Shown here piece after piece: positions 11,468-23,400 of a stretch of 64,000 bases of DNA (within the stretch, counting starts at the first letter, position 1; every line of letters begins with the position of its first letter). The translations under genes and the position numbers were made by a program. This stretch comes from Torpedo marmorata (lineage: Eukaryota). The notes below the pieces were generated by a model. It searched no databases. It was given only the letters and a program-made list of their open reading frames with translations, and was not told the DNA's origin. The stretch is taken from positions 60,450,001-60,514,000 of the forward strand of contig OZ360226.1 of NCBI GenBank assembly GCA_977017645.1. The letters are read 5' to 3'.

Positions 11468-13399
11468 CTACATCCTTCCTGTAATGAGGCAACCAGAACT
11501 GAACACAATACTCCAACCAGAGTTTTATAGAGCTGCAACATTACCTCCTGGCACTTGAACTCAATCCCCTGACTAATGAAGGACAACACAACATACACCT
11601 TCTTAAACACTAAGACCACTAACTAATATGAGGCACAGAGCAGAGCAACTAAAGCAAAGTACACAGTGTGTCCACCAGGGTCAACATTAAAACTCTTGCT
11701 CTTTTGGATATATGTTAATATTCTGGAATTGGATCAATAACAAAACGATTTAAGGTTCGCAAAATTAAAAATATGTTGCAATGTTTCAAATTTGTAATAA
11801 AGGCAAATAAAATGATGTTGAAATGTGTAAAATTATTTAGTTCAGTGGCAAAAGTGATGAGAGACAATAAAAAAAAATGGTATAATTGAAAAGAGCTTGC
11901 TGGCAGGAATGGAGACAGTCAGTGCATTGAAAAACAAATCTTTGAAGGTGGCACAAGAAGATGAGAACATTGATAGAAAGACACACTGGATACTTAGGTT
12001 TGTAAACAGATGTATACCTGGGCCAAAACTTTGTAAATCACGGGTTAGGTCCTAAAGAGAAAGTTATATTCAATCCTGACCTCCAAACTTAAGGGTGAAT
12101 GACAAGATACTATAGAAAGTCTGGAGAATGGTTTCAGGGTACACAGATTTAATGTAATTGGCAATATACGAGAGAGAAAATGAAAACTATTTTATGTACC
12201 GAGTTATTATGATTTTTAGCAAACAGCCTAAAATGGTGAAATAAACAGAAGTAAGAATAATTTTCAAAAGGCATTTTGATGAGTACTTGATGGAGAAGAA
12301 TTTGCAGGGTGATGGGGAAAGAGCAGGAAGTAGACTAAATGGATAGCCGTTGAAAAGAGCTGTCACAGGCACAATAGCCGCTGTCTGTGCCATATCATTC
12401 TGCACTTCTATTCTATGCTCCTTCTACAATCAACATTATTATATGTGCCTTAGACTGAATCAAAGTTTGAGTGAAAGAAAATTAAAACTGAAATCTATAA
12501 TCTATGCCTTTTTGCCTTCTAGCATCTTCCCATCAGTCATTTAATCACACCTGTCCTCAAACCTATCACACCATTTTTTTTTGTTCCTTTCCTTTCTGAC
12601 AAACTCCACTCTCCAATACTTTCTGGCCCTCATGGTTTCCTGAATCTGGTTAAATGCTTTTCCTTTGTAATTGCCTCCGATGAAAGCTCATTAAGATGAG
12701 ATCTCTTTCCACATGTGCTTGCCCATCTTTCAAAGTAATCTCAGAATGTTCCGCTTTCCAGACTTCCCCCATCTGCTGTACTTATCCAAAAACAAAATCC
12801 TTCTGAGGCTGGTACATTGAAATAAAAATAAAGAAAATGCCATGAAAACTCAGCAGACCAGTCAGCATCTGAGTGGAAAGAAACAGAGTGAAATTTAAGA
12901 TCAATGATCTTTCATTAGAAACCAGAATTAGTAATCCTAGCTTGTTTGAAATTACTAATGCTGCATTAATATTTTGATTTATGATATCCCTCAGCCCTGA
13001 TTATTGCCTCGTTCACTGTATTTATGGGAAAGCCTGAACATAAACACCTTTGTAATTGAATGTTTTTGCCATACTAGAATGTTATTATCAAATGAATTTG
13101 GGATATTTGGAGCTCTGAGACTGTAATTGCTTTCTTGTTTGGAAACTTTTCATTATAAGGTGAGCATTATTATAACAAAATCTATTACAGCAGTTTTCCC
13201 AGTGATTAAATCCTTCAGTCGCAGTCGTTTGCAGAATTTTTTGACTGCCTGTTGCCTTGTACTTCTCTTCCCATCGTATCAATCCCTGCTGTTTCTTGAG
13301 GCAAAGTATCAAATGAAGTAGCCAAATACCACAAGAAGACCCCCTCCACCATAAGCAACATGCGTTTATCAACAAATATATCCTTACTTAACACAGAGT

Positions 13400-13608
13400 G
13401 AAATACAAAAGTCTGCAGACACTGTAATTGTAAAAAACACAAAAATGCTGGAGTAACTCAGCAGGTCACGCAACGCCCACAGGAGGCAAAGATATATAAC
13501 CAATGTTTCAGGTCTGAGAAGGGCTCAGGCCAAAACTTTGGTTATATATCTTTACCTCCTATGGGTGGCATGTGACCTGCTGAGTTCCTCCAGCAATTTT
13601 GTGTGTTT
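13400..13608. repeat. Fold-back palindrome made of two inverted Penelope-type 3' ends
   Basis: ACACAAAAATGCTGGAGTAACTCAGCAGGTCAC... is mirrored by ...GTGACCTGCTGAGTTCCTCCAGCAATTTTGTGT, centred at ~13520. Confidence 0.8.
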
Positions 13609-14637
13609 CCTTACTTAACGCCCCGCTCAGCCCATATAAGCCATGGACAGATGTCAATTTTGTCGTGAAATAAACAAAGTAACAGCATTCCCTGATTTCC
13701 TGAGGAATAATTTAAACATTCTACTCATGGCATGAAATATGGCAAATAACTACAGGGGAGGTGGTTGGAAAAAGTTTTCCATTTGTTATGGACAATGACT
13801 GACCATTTGGACTGCGGACAGTCAGCAGGAATGATGAAGCCTTTTAGAGTACACACTGGGACCAGGTACTGAAAGAGTGAAATTACCCTGGACTAGGTAT
13901 ACTTCGTAAAAGAGACAGAGAGAGAGAGACAGGCTGTGGAAAGTTACTTTGTTGTACTTTTGCAAAAGCAGGTGCAAATCTCTGCAAAAAAAGCATCCAG
14001 TTTGGAGTTGCAAAAAGGCTAGAGCAACAACACAAAAACCAAGCTTGTGCATTCCAGTAAAAGACTGGGGAAAATGGCACATGGCGTCCTGTATCAGCAA
14101 AATCCTGATCCAAATCAACTTTCATGGAGAACAGGCATGAGATCAGCGAGACAGGCTGTGAGATCCAAGTATACGCCTCAATCAAAACTGATTTGGAATT
14201 GCAATCCTTGTGTACCTACCAAAAGGGAAAGTCATCAGGGAAGAAAAGCAGGCCAAGCATTCGTAAGCTTAAACAGTCATTGTCTCTCTCTCCAGCGTTC
14301 ATTAAGATGTCCTTCGTGCCAGCACAGAGCTGAATTTGGACCCTGAACATAGAGAGTGATTTTTGTGGACTATTATTGGGACTGACTTATTTTTATGACT
14401 GACCTGGGGTTTTTTGGGAATGTTTGCCATTTTTACATGAGGGTTGGGCACAGACTGTAATGGTCTGGGCTTTACACACACACACACGCTTTACATAAGA
14501 ATAGTGTTTATAGACGTTTATAGTGGGGTTAATTGTTGTGAAATTAAATGTTTAATTGTCTTTAATAAATATAAATTTCAATTTTGCCCCTTTTGCATTG
14601 CGTCTTCTGTCGTTGCTGGTTTGAGTTTGTAACAAAT

Positions 14638-14655
14638 TAGGGGCTCGTCCTAGGA
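14638..14655 (+). promoter_or_regulatory. tRNA-Pro primer binding site (degenerate)
   Basis: TAGGGGCTCGTCC, 3 nt after the LTR, versus canonical TGGGGGCTCGTCCGGGAT. Confidence 0.8.
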
Positions 14656-14740
14656 TTGAATCAAGCTCCAGCTTGGTAATTGAAGGAATCCCAGTCTGGT
14701 TTAAGACATTCCTTTTGGAAAGCTAATTAAAAGCTAGTGT

Positions 14741-16778
14741 GTGTGTAACAAAAAACCAGCAACAATGGATATGGAAATTTTTTTGGTATCACCTGAACCT
14801 GATACTTTAAAAAAGGCTAAAAAGGAACAGTTAGTGGCTATAGCAACAGAGTTGGGCATTGCTTCTGTAAAACCATCAATGAAAAATGCAGAGATTGGGA
14901 GAAAAATTGCCAAATACTATATAAAAGGGAAAAAGTTTCAGGAGAGCATGTTAGAACAGTTTCCCAAGTGTAAGCCTTCTGAAAACATACAATTGGAACT
15001 AAAGAAATTAGAATTGGAGGCAGCCAGGGAACAAAAGAAATTAGACAGGGAATTGGAACAAAAGAGATTAGACTTGGAGGTAGCCAAGGAACAAAAGAAA
15101 TTGGAATTGAAACAAAAGAGATTAGACTTGGAGGCAGCCAGAGAACAAAAGAGATTAGAGAAAGAGGAGAAAATTGGGCAATATGAGCTGGAAAAGATTA
15201 AGTTGGAAAATGAGAGGAGACAAAAAGAGCACCAAGATCAAATTTGTGGTCCTGTTGAGGGGTATTTGGCCAGTAGGGAAGTTAGGTTGGTTCCTCCATT
15301 TGAGGAGGCGGAAATAGATAAGTACTTCCATCATTTTGAGAAGGTGGCTGTGAAATTAAAATGGCCACGAGACCAATGGTCTCTTATGTTACAAAGTGTA
15401 ATTAAAGGAAAAGCTCAGCAAGCTTATTCTATTCTTACCACGGAGCAAGCTGCTGATTATGAAATGGTGAAAAAAGCTATACTCCAGGCTTATGAGTCAG
15501 TTCCAGAGGCTTTGAGACGAAAGTTTAGAAATTTAAAAAGATCAGCAACCCAATCTTATACAGAGTTTGCCTATGAAAATGTTATGTGTTTTGACCGGTG
15601 GTGCACATCTAAGGCGGTAAACAATGATTACAATCAATTGAGAGAATTGATAATAATTGAGGAGATAAAAAGGTGTGTTCCTGAGGATATTAAGGCATAC
15701 TTAGATGAAAAGGAGGTGAAAACTTGGCAAAATTCAGCTAAGTTAGCAGATGAATATGCTTTAACCCACAAGCCTAAGTGGACATCAGGCAGAATTTTCC
15801 AAAAGGGCACTGTGGATAATCCCAAGCAAGTGGAAAGTAAATTTGGAAGTGGTGTGAAGGAAAGGGATGAAGGAAAATGGAAAAGGGAAAACCCTTTGGG
15901 TCCCATTTGACACTACTGTGGGAAGGCTGGTCATATGCTAGCAAGCTGTCCAGTGTTGAAAAAGAAGAGAGAAAAGGATGCAACACTTAATGCTTGTATT
16001 CAGAGTGAGAAGATGTATAACACCCAGGAAGGAGACAAATTTACTGACAAAGTTAGGGATGTATTTAAACCTTTTGTGACTGATGGTTTTGTTTCAGTTA
16101 AGGCAGGAGCAAAGCAAGTTCCAGTGAAAATCTTGCGAGATACTGGAGCTGCTCAATCACTTGTGTTAGATATTGTCTTAGAATTTTGTGAATCCACTGA
16201 CAGCGGTGAAATGAATTTAATTAAAGGAATTGGGGTGATGTTGAGTCCATTCCTTTGCACAAAATAGTGTTGAACTCAGCCTTGTTGGAAGGACCTGTTA
16301 TAATAGGAGTGAGATCAGAGTTGCCAGTAGAAGGAGTTTCACTGTTGCTAGGCAATGACTTGGCTGAGGGTAAAGTAGTTCCTGCAGTGTGAATGACCAC
16401 TAAGCCAGTCATTGATAAGTTAGAGAAGGACTCTGATATTTATCCGGCATGTGCCATAACCAGGGCCATGTCTAAGAAAATTGTCACTGTAGAGAAGGCA
16501 GTGGAAAATAAATTGGTGAATGAAAAGTTTGATGATAATCAAAAACACCTGGAAAAGGTTGATCAATCTCCTGTGTTACACCCATACACTGATAAGACAC
16601 CTAAAGGCACAGATTTGTCACTATCCTGGCAGGAGCTAATAGCAAGGCAAAAGGAGGATCCTGATCTTGCTGAGGTGAGGGATAAGGTTCTCTCTGAAGA
16701 GGAAATTAAGACGGTGCCAGTTGGTCATTATGAAAAAGATGGGGTGTTGATGAGAAAGTGGAGACCATGTGATGTTCC
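14741..16778 (+). pseudogene. Gmr1-like gag (SCAN-like capsid, coiled coil, zinc knuckle) + protease + start of the next domain
   Basis: VPPFEEAEIDKYFHHFEK..WSLMLQSVIKGKAQ. Knuckle *HYCGKAGHMLASC has its first Cys mutated to TGA at 15908. Protease LRDTGAAQS, then PACAITRAM and KDGVLMRKWRP. Confidence 0.82.
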
Positions 16779-17212
16779 TCTTATTGGTTATTCCAATTTT
16801 CCGTTTAAAATAGTGAACGATGAATTCCAATACTTAGGAAACAATTACAAAAACCATAAAAATTTACTGAAAGAAAAAAGGTTAAATTACAATTAGTGGG
16901 TTGGTCACCCTTATCAATTACAATGATGGGCCGTATTAATTCGATTAAAATGAATATTTTGCCTAAATTTTTATATCTTTTCCAATCCTTACCAATTTTT
17001 ATTCCTAAAACCTTTTTTACTTCATCAGATTCGATTCTTTCTTCATATATATGGCAGGGAAAACATCCACGTATAAATAAATCCCATCTTCAAAAAATCA
17101 AAAGGAATGGATTGTTATCACTTCCAGATTTTAGATTTTATTATTGGGCGATTAATATTTGTAACATGCTTTTGTTATTACAGTTTGATAAGTTAGAGAA
17201 TCGCCCATCCTG
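16779..17212 (+). mobile_element. Internal L1-clade ORF2 fragment replacing Gypsy pol
   Basis: FQYLG and WSPLSITMMGRINSIKMNILPKFLYLFQSLP are homologous to ORF 39548..39973. Confidence 0.8.
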
Positions 17213-17676
17213 GGAAGAAAAGCAGGCCAAGCATTCGTAAGCTTAAACAGTCATTGTCTCTCTCTCCAATGTTCATTAGGAAGTCCTTCGTGCCAGCACA
17301 CAGAGCTGAATTTGGACCCTGAACAAAGAGAGTGATTTTTGTGGACTGTATTTTTGGGACTGACTTATTTTTATGACTGACCTGGGGGTTTTGGGGAAGG
17401 TTTGCTATTTTTACATGAGGGTTGGGCACAGAATGTAATGGTCTGGGATTTACACACACACACACTCTTTAGATAAGAATAGTGTTTATAGAAATTTATA
17501 GTGGGGTTAATTGTTGTGAAATTAAATGTTTAATTGTCTTTAATAAATATACCATATATTTCGGCGTATAAGTCAAGTCTTGAAACTGTCAAAAATCTCT
17601 CAAAAAACGGGGGTCGACTTATACGCCGGATATACTTTTGAGACCTTAAAATCAGCTCAAAAACCACTCCACGCCG

Positions 17677-17865
17677 ATTCGGCATATAAGTCGACCCTTG
17701 AAAACCCGATTCGGCGTATAAGTCGACCCTTGAAAACACGATTCGGCGTATAAGTCGACCTTTGAAAACACGATTCGGCGTATAAGTCGACCCTTGAAAA
17801 CACGATTCGGCGTAGAAGTCGACCCTTGAAAACACGATTTGGCATATAAGTCGACCCTTGAAAAA
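17677..17865. repeat. ~6 x 31-bp subterminal tandem repeats of the pogo element
   Basis: Unit GATTCGGCGTATAAGTCGACCCTTGAAAACAC contains the TIR core GGCGTATAAGTC. Confidence 0.92.
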
Positions 17866-17926
17866 CCAAAAAAAAACCCACTGCAACAAATTTTCATTGA
17901 CATTTTTATTGAAAACAACAAGACAT

Positions 17927-19265
17927 TTAGAACCCTTCAAAATCACTTTCGCTATCATCGTCTGAGGCAAAGATCTCGGCAAGCACATCCGGGGTCTCAC
18001 TGTTTAAACAGTCATCGTTCAGGTCCCAGTCTGTATCTGATGAGGCGACTTCAGCTTCGTCGTCAGTGTCCCACAATAAATCATCTTCCGTACCATTAAT
18101 TGCACAAGAGATACCGCACTTTTTAAACGATTTTATTACAGTCTCTACTTTCACTTTGTCCCATGCCTTGAGCACGAAGTCACACAGCACATCAAGCGAT
18201 GCAGCACGCATTGCCCCGCCTTTTGTAAATGATTTTTCTGCACTCGACATCCATGTATTCCACTCTTCACACACATTGTCTTTGAATGGCTTGTTCAAGC
18301 AGATATCGAGAGGTTGCAATATAGACGTCAAACCACCCGGGATAACCGCCATGTAAGTATTATGTTGTGCTAATCTACTTTTAGTCTTCTCAGTTAAGTG
18401 GCTACGAAACATATCCCAGACCAGCAAACTCCGTTCCTTGCGTAAACCGCCTGGCCGCCTGTTCCACGCATTGTCTATCCATAGTTTTACACCATTTTCA
18501 TCCATCCATCCTTTTTCATGAAAATGTACAAAAATACCTGCTGGGAATTTTATTTTAGGTTTAAATTTACGTTTGAAGATTACCATGGGTCTTAACTTTG
18601 TCCCGTCGGCCACGCACGATAACACCACGGTAAACCTGGCCCTTTCATGGCCTGTACTCCTGGTTTGCACAGTTTTCACACCTTTCCATTCCACTGTTCT
18701 ATTGCCTATCATGTCAAAATTCATGGGGGTTTCGTCCATGTTTCCAATATTTGCCAAATGCAAACTTGTGTTTCTGCCGGTTACGTAAAATAAACTGGTG
18801 AAAACTTACAACTTTATGATCAAGATCTTTTGGTAGTTTCTGAGCAATTTTTGTTTTTTGTCGTAATACCAGATTTTTCCTGTTCATGAAACGGTTGCAC
18901 CAGCCTACTGTAGCTTCAAAATCATTACTGAGTTCTGGGTGCAACTTTGCCCACTTCGGTGCAAATGTTCTTATTTTATTTCGGGTGACTATGTAGCAAT
19001 CTTGCCTCTGTTCACGTACCCATGCTTCGACGTGATTTTCCAACTCTGGCCAATGAGTGATTCCTCTTCTCATCGAACATTGCCTTTTTGGTATTTTTCT
19101 TAAAGTATCTTCTTTCTTCCTCCAATCTCTTACCAACTTCTCATATATATCAAATTTTCTTGCAGCAGCACAGTTGTTGGTTTTCTTGGCCATTTCTATC
19201 ACTTTTAATTTAAAACACGCCTCATAGTTTCGTCGTTTCAATTGAGCCTCCATGATAACAATCAC
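17927..19265 (-). pseudogene. pogo transposase (HTH domains + DDE_1) with one frameshift near 18760
   Basis: ORFs 18714..19265 and 17927..18763. Motifs NMDETP, LVWDMFRSH and LQPLD, with 35 residues between the 2nd and 3rd Asp. Confidence 0.9.
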
Positions 19266-19523
19266 ATCCAGCCAACGCCCAGCAGCTCAATCAGCACGAT
19301 CGTTGTGGGTCGACATATACGCCGGTCAACACCCAGCAGCTCAGGCATCGCGATTTTTGGGGGTCGACTTATACGCCGGATATACAATAAAACTATTAAA
19401 ATGAAGCTGAAACAGGGAGGTCGACTTATCCGCGAGTCGACTTATACGCCAAAATATACGGTAAATTTCAATTTTGCCCCTTTTGCATTGCGTCTTCTTT
19501 CGTTGCTGATTTGAGTTTGTAAC

Positions 19524-20431
19524 TGTTACAAAATCAAACCAGCAACGACAGAAGACGCAATGCAAAAGGGGTAAAATTGAAATTATTATTTATTAAACAC
19601 AAGTAAACATATAATTTCACAACAATTAACCCCACTATAAATGTCTATAAACTCTATTCTTATCTAAAAGGTGTGTGTGTGTGTGTGTAAAGCCCAGACC
19701 ATTACAGTCTGTGCCCAACCCTTATGTAAAAATGGAAAAACTTTCCCCAAAAAAACTCCAGGTCAGTCATAAAAACAAGTCAGTCAAAAAAAAGAATAAT
19801 ACAGTCGACAAAATTCACTCTCAAAGTTCAGGCTTCAAATTCAGCTCTGTGTCTGGTAGAAGTACTTCTGAATGAACGTTGGAGAGAGACAATGACTGTT
19901 TATGCTTACAAATACTTGTTTTCTTCTCTGATGACGTCCCCTTCTTGTATGTTCATAATGATTGCAAGTTCAGATCAGTATACCACTGATTTAGGCGTGT
20001 GCTTGAATCTCACAGCTAGTCTCGCTGATCTCACACCTGTTCACCACAGAAGTTGCTTTTAACTCAGAATTTCTCTGAGACAGGAGGCCATGTGCTATCC
20101 TGCCAGTCTTTTCTCTGACTTGCACAAACCTGGATTTGGCTGTGTTCTCTAGTCTTTGCAACTTACAACTGTCTGCTTTTTCTGCAGAGATCTGCACCTG
20201 CTTTTTGCAAAAATGCAACAAATGTATCTTGTCCACAGTCTCTCTCTCTCTGGTCTCTCTCTGTCTGGGTACACCAAAGGTGCAACAATGTATCTTTGTC
20301 CACAGCTTGTCTCTCTCTCTCTGTCTAGGTACACCAAGTCCTGGGGAAGTTAACTCTTTCAGTACCTGGCCCCAGTGTATACTCCAAAAGACTTCGTCCG
20401 CAGTCCAAATGGTCAGTCATGGTCCTTAACA
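19524..20431 (-). mobile_element. Solo LTR of the Gmr1-like family, inverted
   Basis: Reverse complement of the 27148-27923 type; flanked by GTAAC at 19519-19523 and 20432-20436. Confidence 0.9.
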
Positions 20432-20479
20432 GTAACACATTACATGGCTATGGATGTAAGAGAATGTAAAACATATTTA

Positions 20480-23400
20480 TGTTGCAGTACTCACTCTGGG
20501 CAAGCGAACCGGTGACCGCAATGGCGGCCGCGCAAGTACACGTGGCAACAGCAGGGGCCAGCACAAAGATGGCACCAACCCCCCTACCACTTCAACTAGG
20601 AGAAGAAGTACAGGAGACCCGGGAAAGTTCCCATTGTAATGTACAGCTCCCATTGTCATGTAGACGACAGCGATTAAGCAGCAATGGTCATATAAATGAC
20701 AGCAATTAAGCTCGCAGCCCTGCTTAAAAGTCAGGGCTATGAGACCAGATTAAACAGTCTTGCTTTCAACCACCGACTGTGTGTTGTTCTACAGAATTCT
20801 GTGTAGCTCACACTACATTGGTGACCCCGACAAGTCCAAACGAAGTTGGATCTACAATGACCGACTCCATGGCCATCAGCTCAGTCACCGTCAAGCTGCC
20901 GACCTTATGGACCCACTGACCCCATATGAGTTTCGATCAGGCAGAAGCACAGTTTGCACTCCGCAGCATCACCAGAGATGCCACAAAGTACTACCATATG
21001 GTCAGCTCACTCGGAGAGGACGCAGCCACACGGGTGGAAGATTTCCTGCACCGACCACCAGAGGAGGGTAAATACCTCGCTTTCAAAGCTCTGTTGATGA
21101 ACACTTTCGGGCTTTCGCGACGGGAGCGGGGTGCCCGCTTGCTGCGGCTGGACGGGCTGGGAGACAGATCCCCCTCACAGCTCATGGACGAGATGCTGGC
21201 CTTCACAGGAGGCCACACGTGCCTTTTCTTCGAGCAGGTTGTCTTAGAGATGATGCCACTGAACATGCGCCTGGCACTCGCAGAGGCGGATTTCTCCACG
21301 CCCAGGACAGTGGCAACTTGAGCAGACACTCTCTGGGAAGCAGGAAGGGTGAGTCAGACAATGGTCGACCAAGTGGTCAAACCAAAAACCCAACCCTGCT
21401 CGTCCCACCGAACGCACAGCCCACGGTAGCAGCAGCGATGACGCAAACCTCGATTGGTGTTTCTACCACCGTCGTTGGGGCCCAAAGGCCCACTGGTGCA
21501 GGTCCCCCTGCACGTTTCCAGGAAACAACAAGGCCAGCCGTCGCTAGTGGCTATGACGGCTGGCCACAGAGACAGCCTACTGTACATCAGGGACAAGAAT
21601 TCCGGACGGCGGTTCCTCGTGGACACAGGAGCTGAAATCAGCATTATTCCCCCGACACCGTACGAAACCAGGACCCGGTCACAGGGGCACGCGCTGCAGG
21701 CAGCCAACAGCAGCTCCATTCCGACATTCGGCCTGAGGACGGCATACCTCCAGTTCGGCGACAGCCATTTCTCGTGGGAGTTCACGCTCACAAGCGTCTG
21801 GATGCCCATCCTTGAGGCCGACTTCCTCAGGGTACACAGCTTACTGGTAGACCTGTAGGGTAAGCAGCTGGTCCACGCACGGACCTTATAATCATTTGCC
21901 CTGCAAAAATCCGATCACCACTACACCCAGCTGAGCTCCATAGCGCAGCCAGAGGACGATTTCACCTGCTTGCTCGCTGATTTCCCATCAATTTCCGACC
22001 CCAAGTTCACGCCAGAGATGCCCAAGCACCGCGTCAGGCACTACATCACCACCCAGGGCCCACCGCTCCACGCCCGCGCACGCCGCTTACCCCCGGATAC
22101 ATTCCGACGAGCCAAAGAGGAGTTCAGCAGGATGGAGGCCTTAGGGATAATCAGACGCTCTGATAGTCCCTGGGCAAGCCTACTGCACATGGTGCCCAAA
22201 GCATCTAGCGGGTGGAGGCCATGAGGTGCCTACCGCAGGCTTAATGAAGCCACCACTCCCAACCGCTACCTTATACCCCACATTCAGGACTTCGCCGCCA
22301 ACCTGCATGGGGCGACTATATTCTCAAAGGTCGACCTCATCTGAGGTTATCACCAAATCCCCGTGCTACCAGAGGATGTGCCCAAAACAGCCATCATAAC
22401 GCCTTTTGGCCTGTTTGAATTTTTCCGCATGCCATTCGGGCTAAAGAACGCGGCCTAAACGTTCCAATGCTTAATGGATGCGGTAGGGCGGGATTTGGAC
22501 TTCCTTTTCACTTACTTGGATGATATACTTATCGCCAGTAAAACCCGCCAGGAGCACATAGCACACCTCCGCCAGCTGTTCAACCGCCTAAACCAATTCG
22601 GCCTTACAGTCAACCTGGCCAAATGCCAGTTCGGACTCTCCACAATTGACTTCCTGGGCCATAGGATCACACGCCATGGTGCAACTCCCCTACCCGACAA
22701 AGTGGACACGGTTCGCATATTCCCCCGGCCGTCCACCGTCAAGGGCCTCCAGGAGTTCATGGGGATGATCAATTTTTATCACAGATTCCTGCCAGCAGCA
22801 GCCCGCATCATGCGTCCGCTTTTCACCCTCATGGCTGGCAAAGCCAAAGCGCTGGTTTGGGACGCGGAATCCACTGCGGGTTTTAACAAAGCCAAAAAGG
22901 CCCTGGTTGATGCCACGATGCTGGTTCACCCCAGAACCGACGTGCCAACCTCCCTCACGGTGGACGCTTCAAACACGGCAGTCGGCGGGGTACTGGAGCA
23001 GTTTAGTGAAGGCAGCTGGAAACCCTTGGCCTTTTTCAGTAGACATTTACGGCCACCCGAACTTAAATACTGCGCCTTCGACCGGGAGCTACTAGCACTG
23101 TACCTGGCCATACGGCACTTTCGATACTTTCTGGAAGGTGGAACATTCACCACCTTCACTGACCACAAGCTGCTCACTTTCGCGTTCTCGAAAGTCTCCG
23201 ACCCCTGGTCGGCCCGCCAACAGCGCCAGTTGTCCTACATATCTGAGTTCACGACACAGGTTCAGCATGTCTCAGGAAAGGACAACGCTGTAGCGGACGC
23301 ACTATCCCGGCCAACTATCCAAGCCTTAGCCCAAGGGATTGACTACACCTGCCTGGCAGAGGTGCAGCAGGCTGATGAAGAGACGAACTGTTTCAGAACC

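Larger units (their letters stand above)
7520..11630 (-). mobile_element. CR1 3' fragment hosting the Rex1 element (7661-10905) and a Penelope-tail insert (11240-11467)
   Basis: CR1 3' UTR at 7520-7660 resumes at 10906. ORF 11407..11619 gives FISQGIEFKCQEVMLQLYKTLV. Confidence 0.75.
17552..19461 (-). mobile_element. pogo-family (DD35D, POGK/Passer-like) DNA transposon inserted in the 3' LTR
   Basis: TIRs CC[A/G]TATATTT[C/T]GGCGTATAAGTC; TA TSD at 17550-17551 and 19462-19463. Confidence 0.92.
13784..20437 (+). mobile_element. Gmr1-like Ty3/Gypsy provirus, internally deleted, with nested insertions
   Basis: 5' LTR 13784-14634 (TG..CA). Partial 3' LTR at ~17210-17551 + 19464-19523 + terminal A20437. 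4-bp TSD CATT at 13780-13783 and 20438-20441. Confidence 0.88.

Noticed and set aside
13822-14632. Recurring short ORFs (also at 19675-20429, 27121-27478, 52567-52972)
   Set aside because: They lie in LTR copies, and the frames are not conserved between copies.
17677-17865. CRISPR- or iteron-like 31-bp repeats and the repetitive ORFs 17530..18000 etc.
   Set aside because: They are subterminal repeats of the pogo transposon, and the ORFs are translations of the repeat.
17927-18763. Host POGK/TIGD gene
   Set aside because: It is flanked by TIRs and a TA TSD, frameshifted, has no introns or KRAB domain, and has a second copy in the window.
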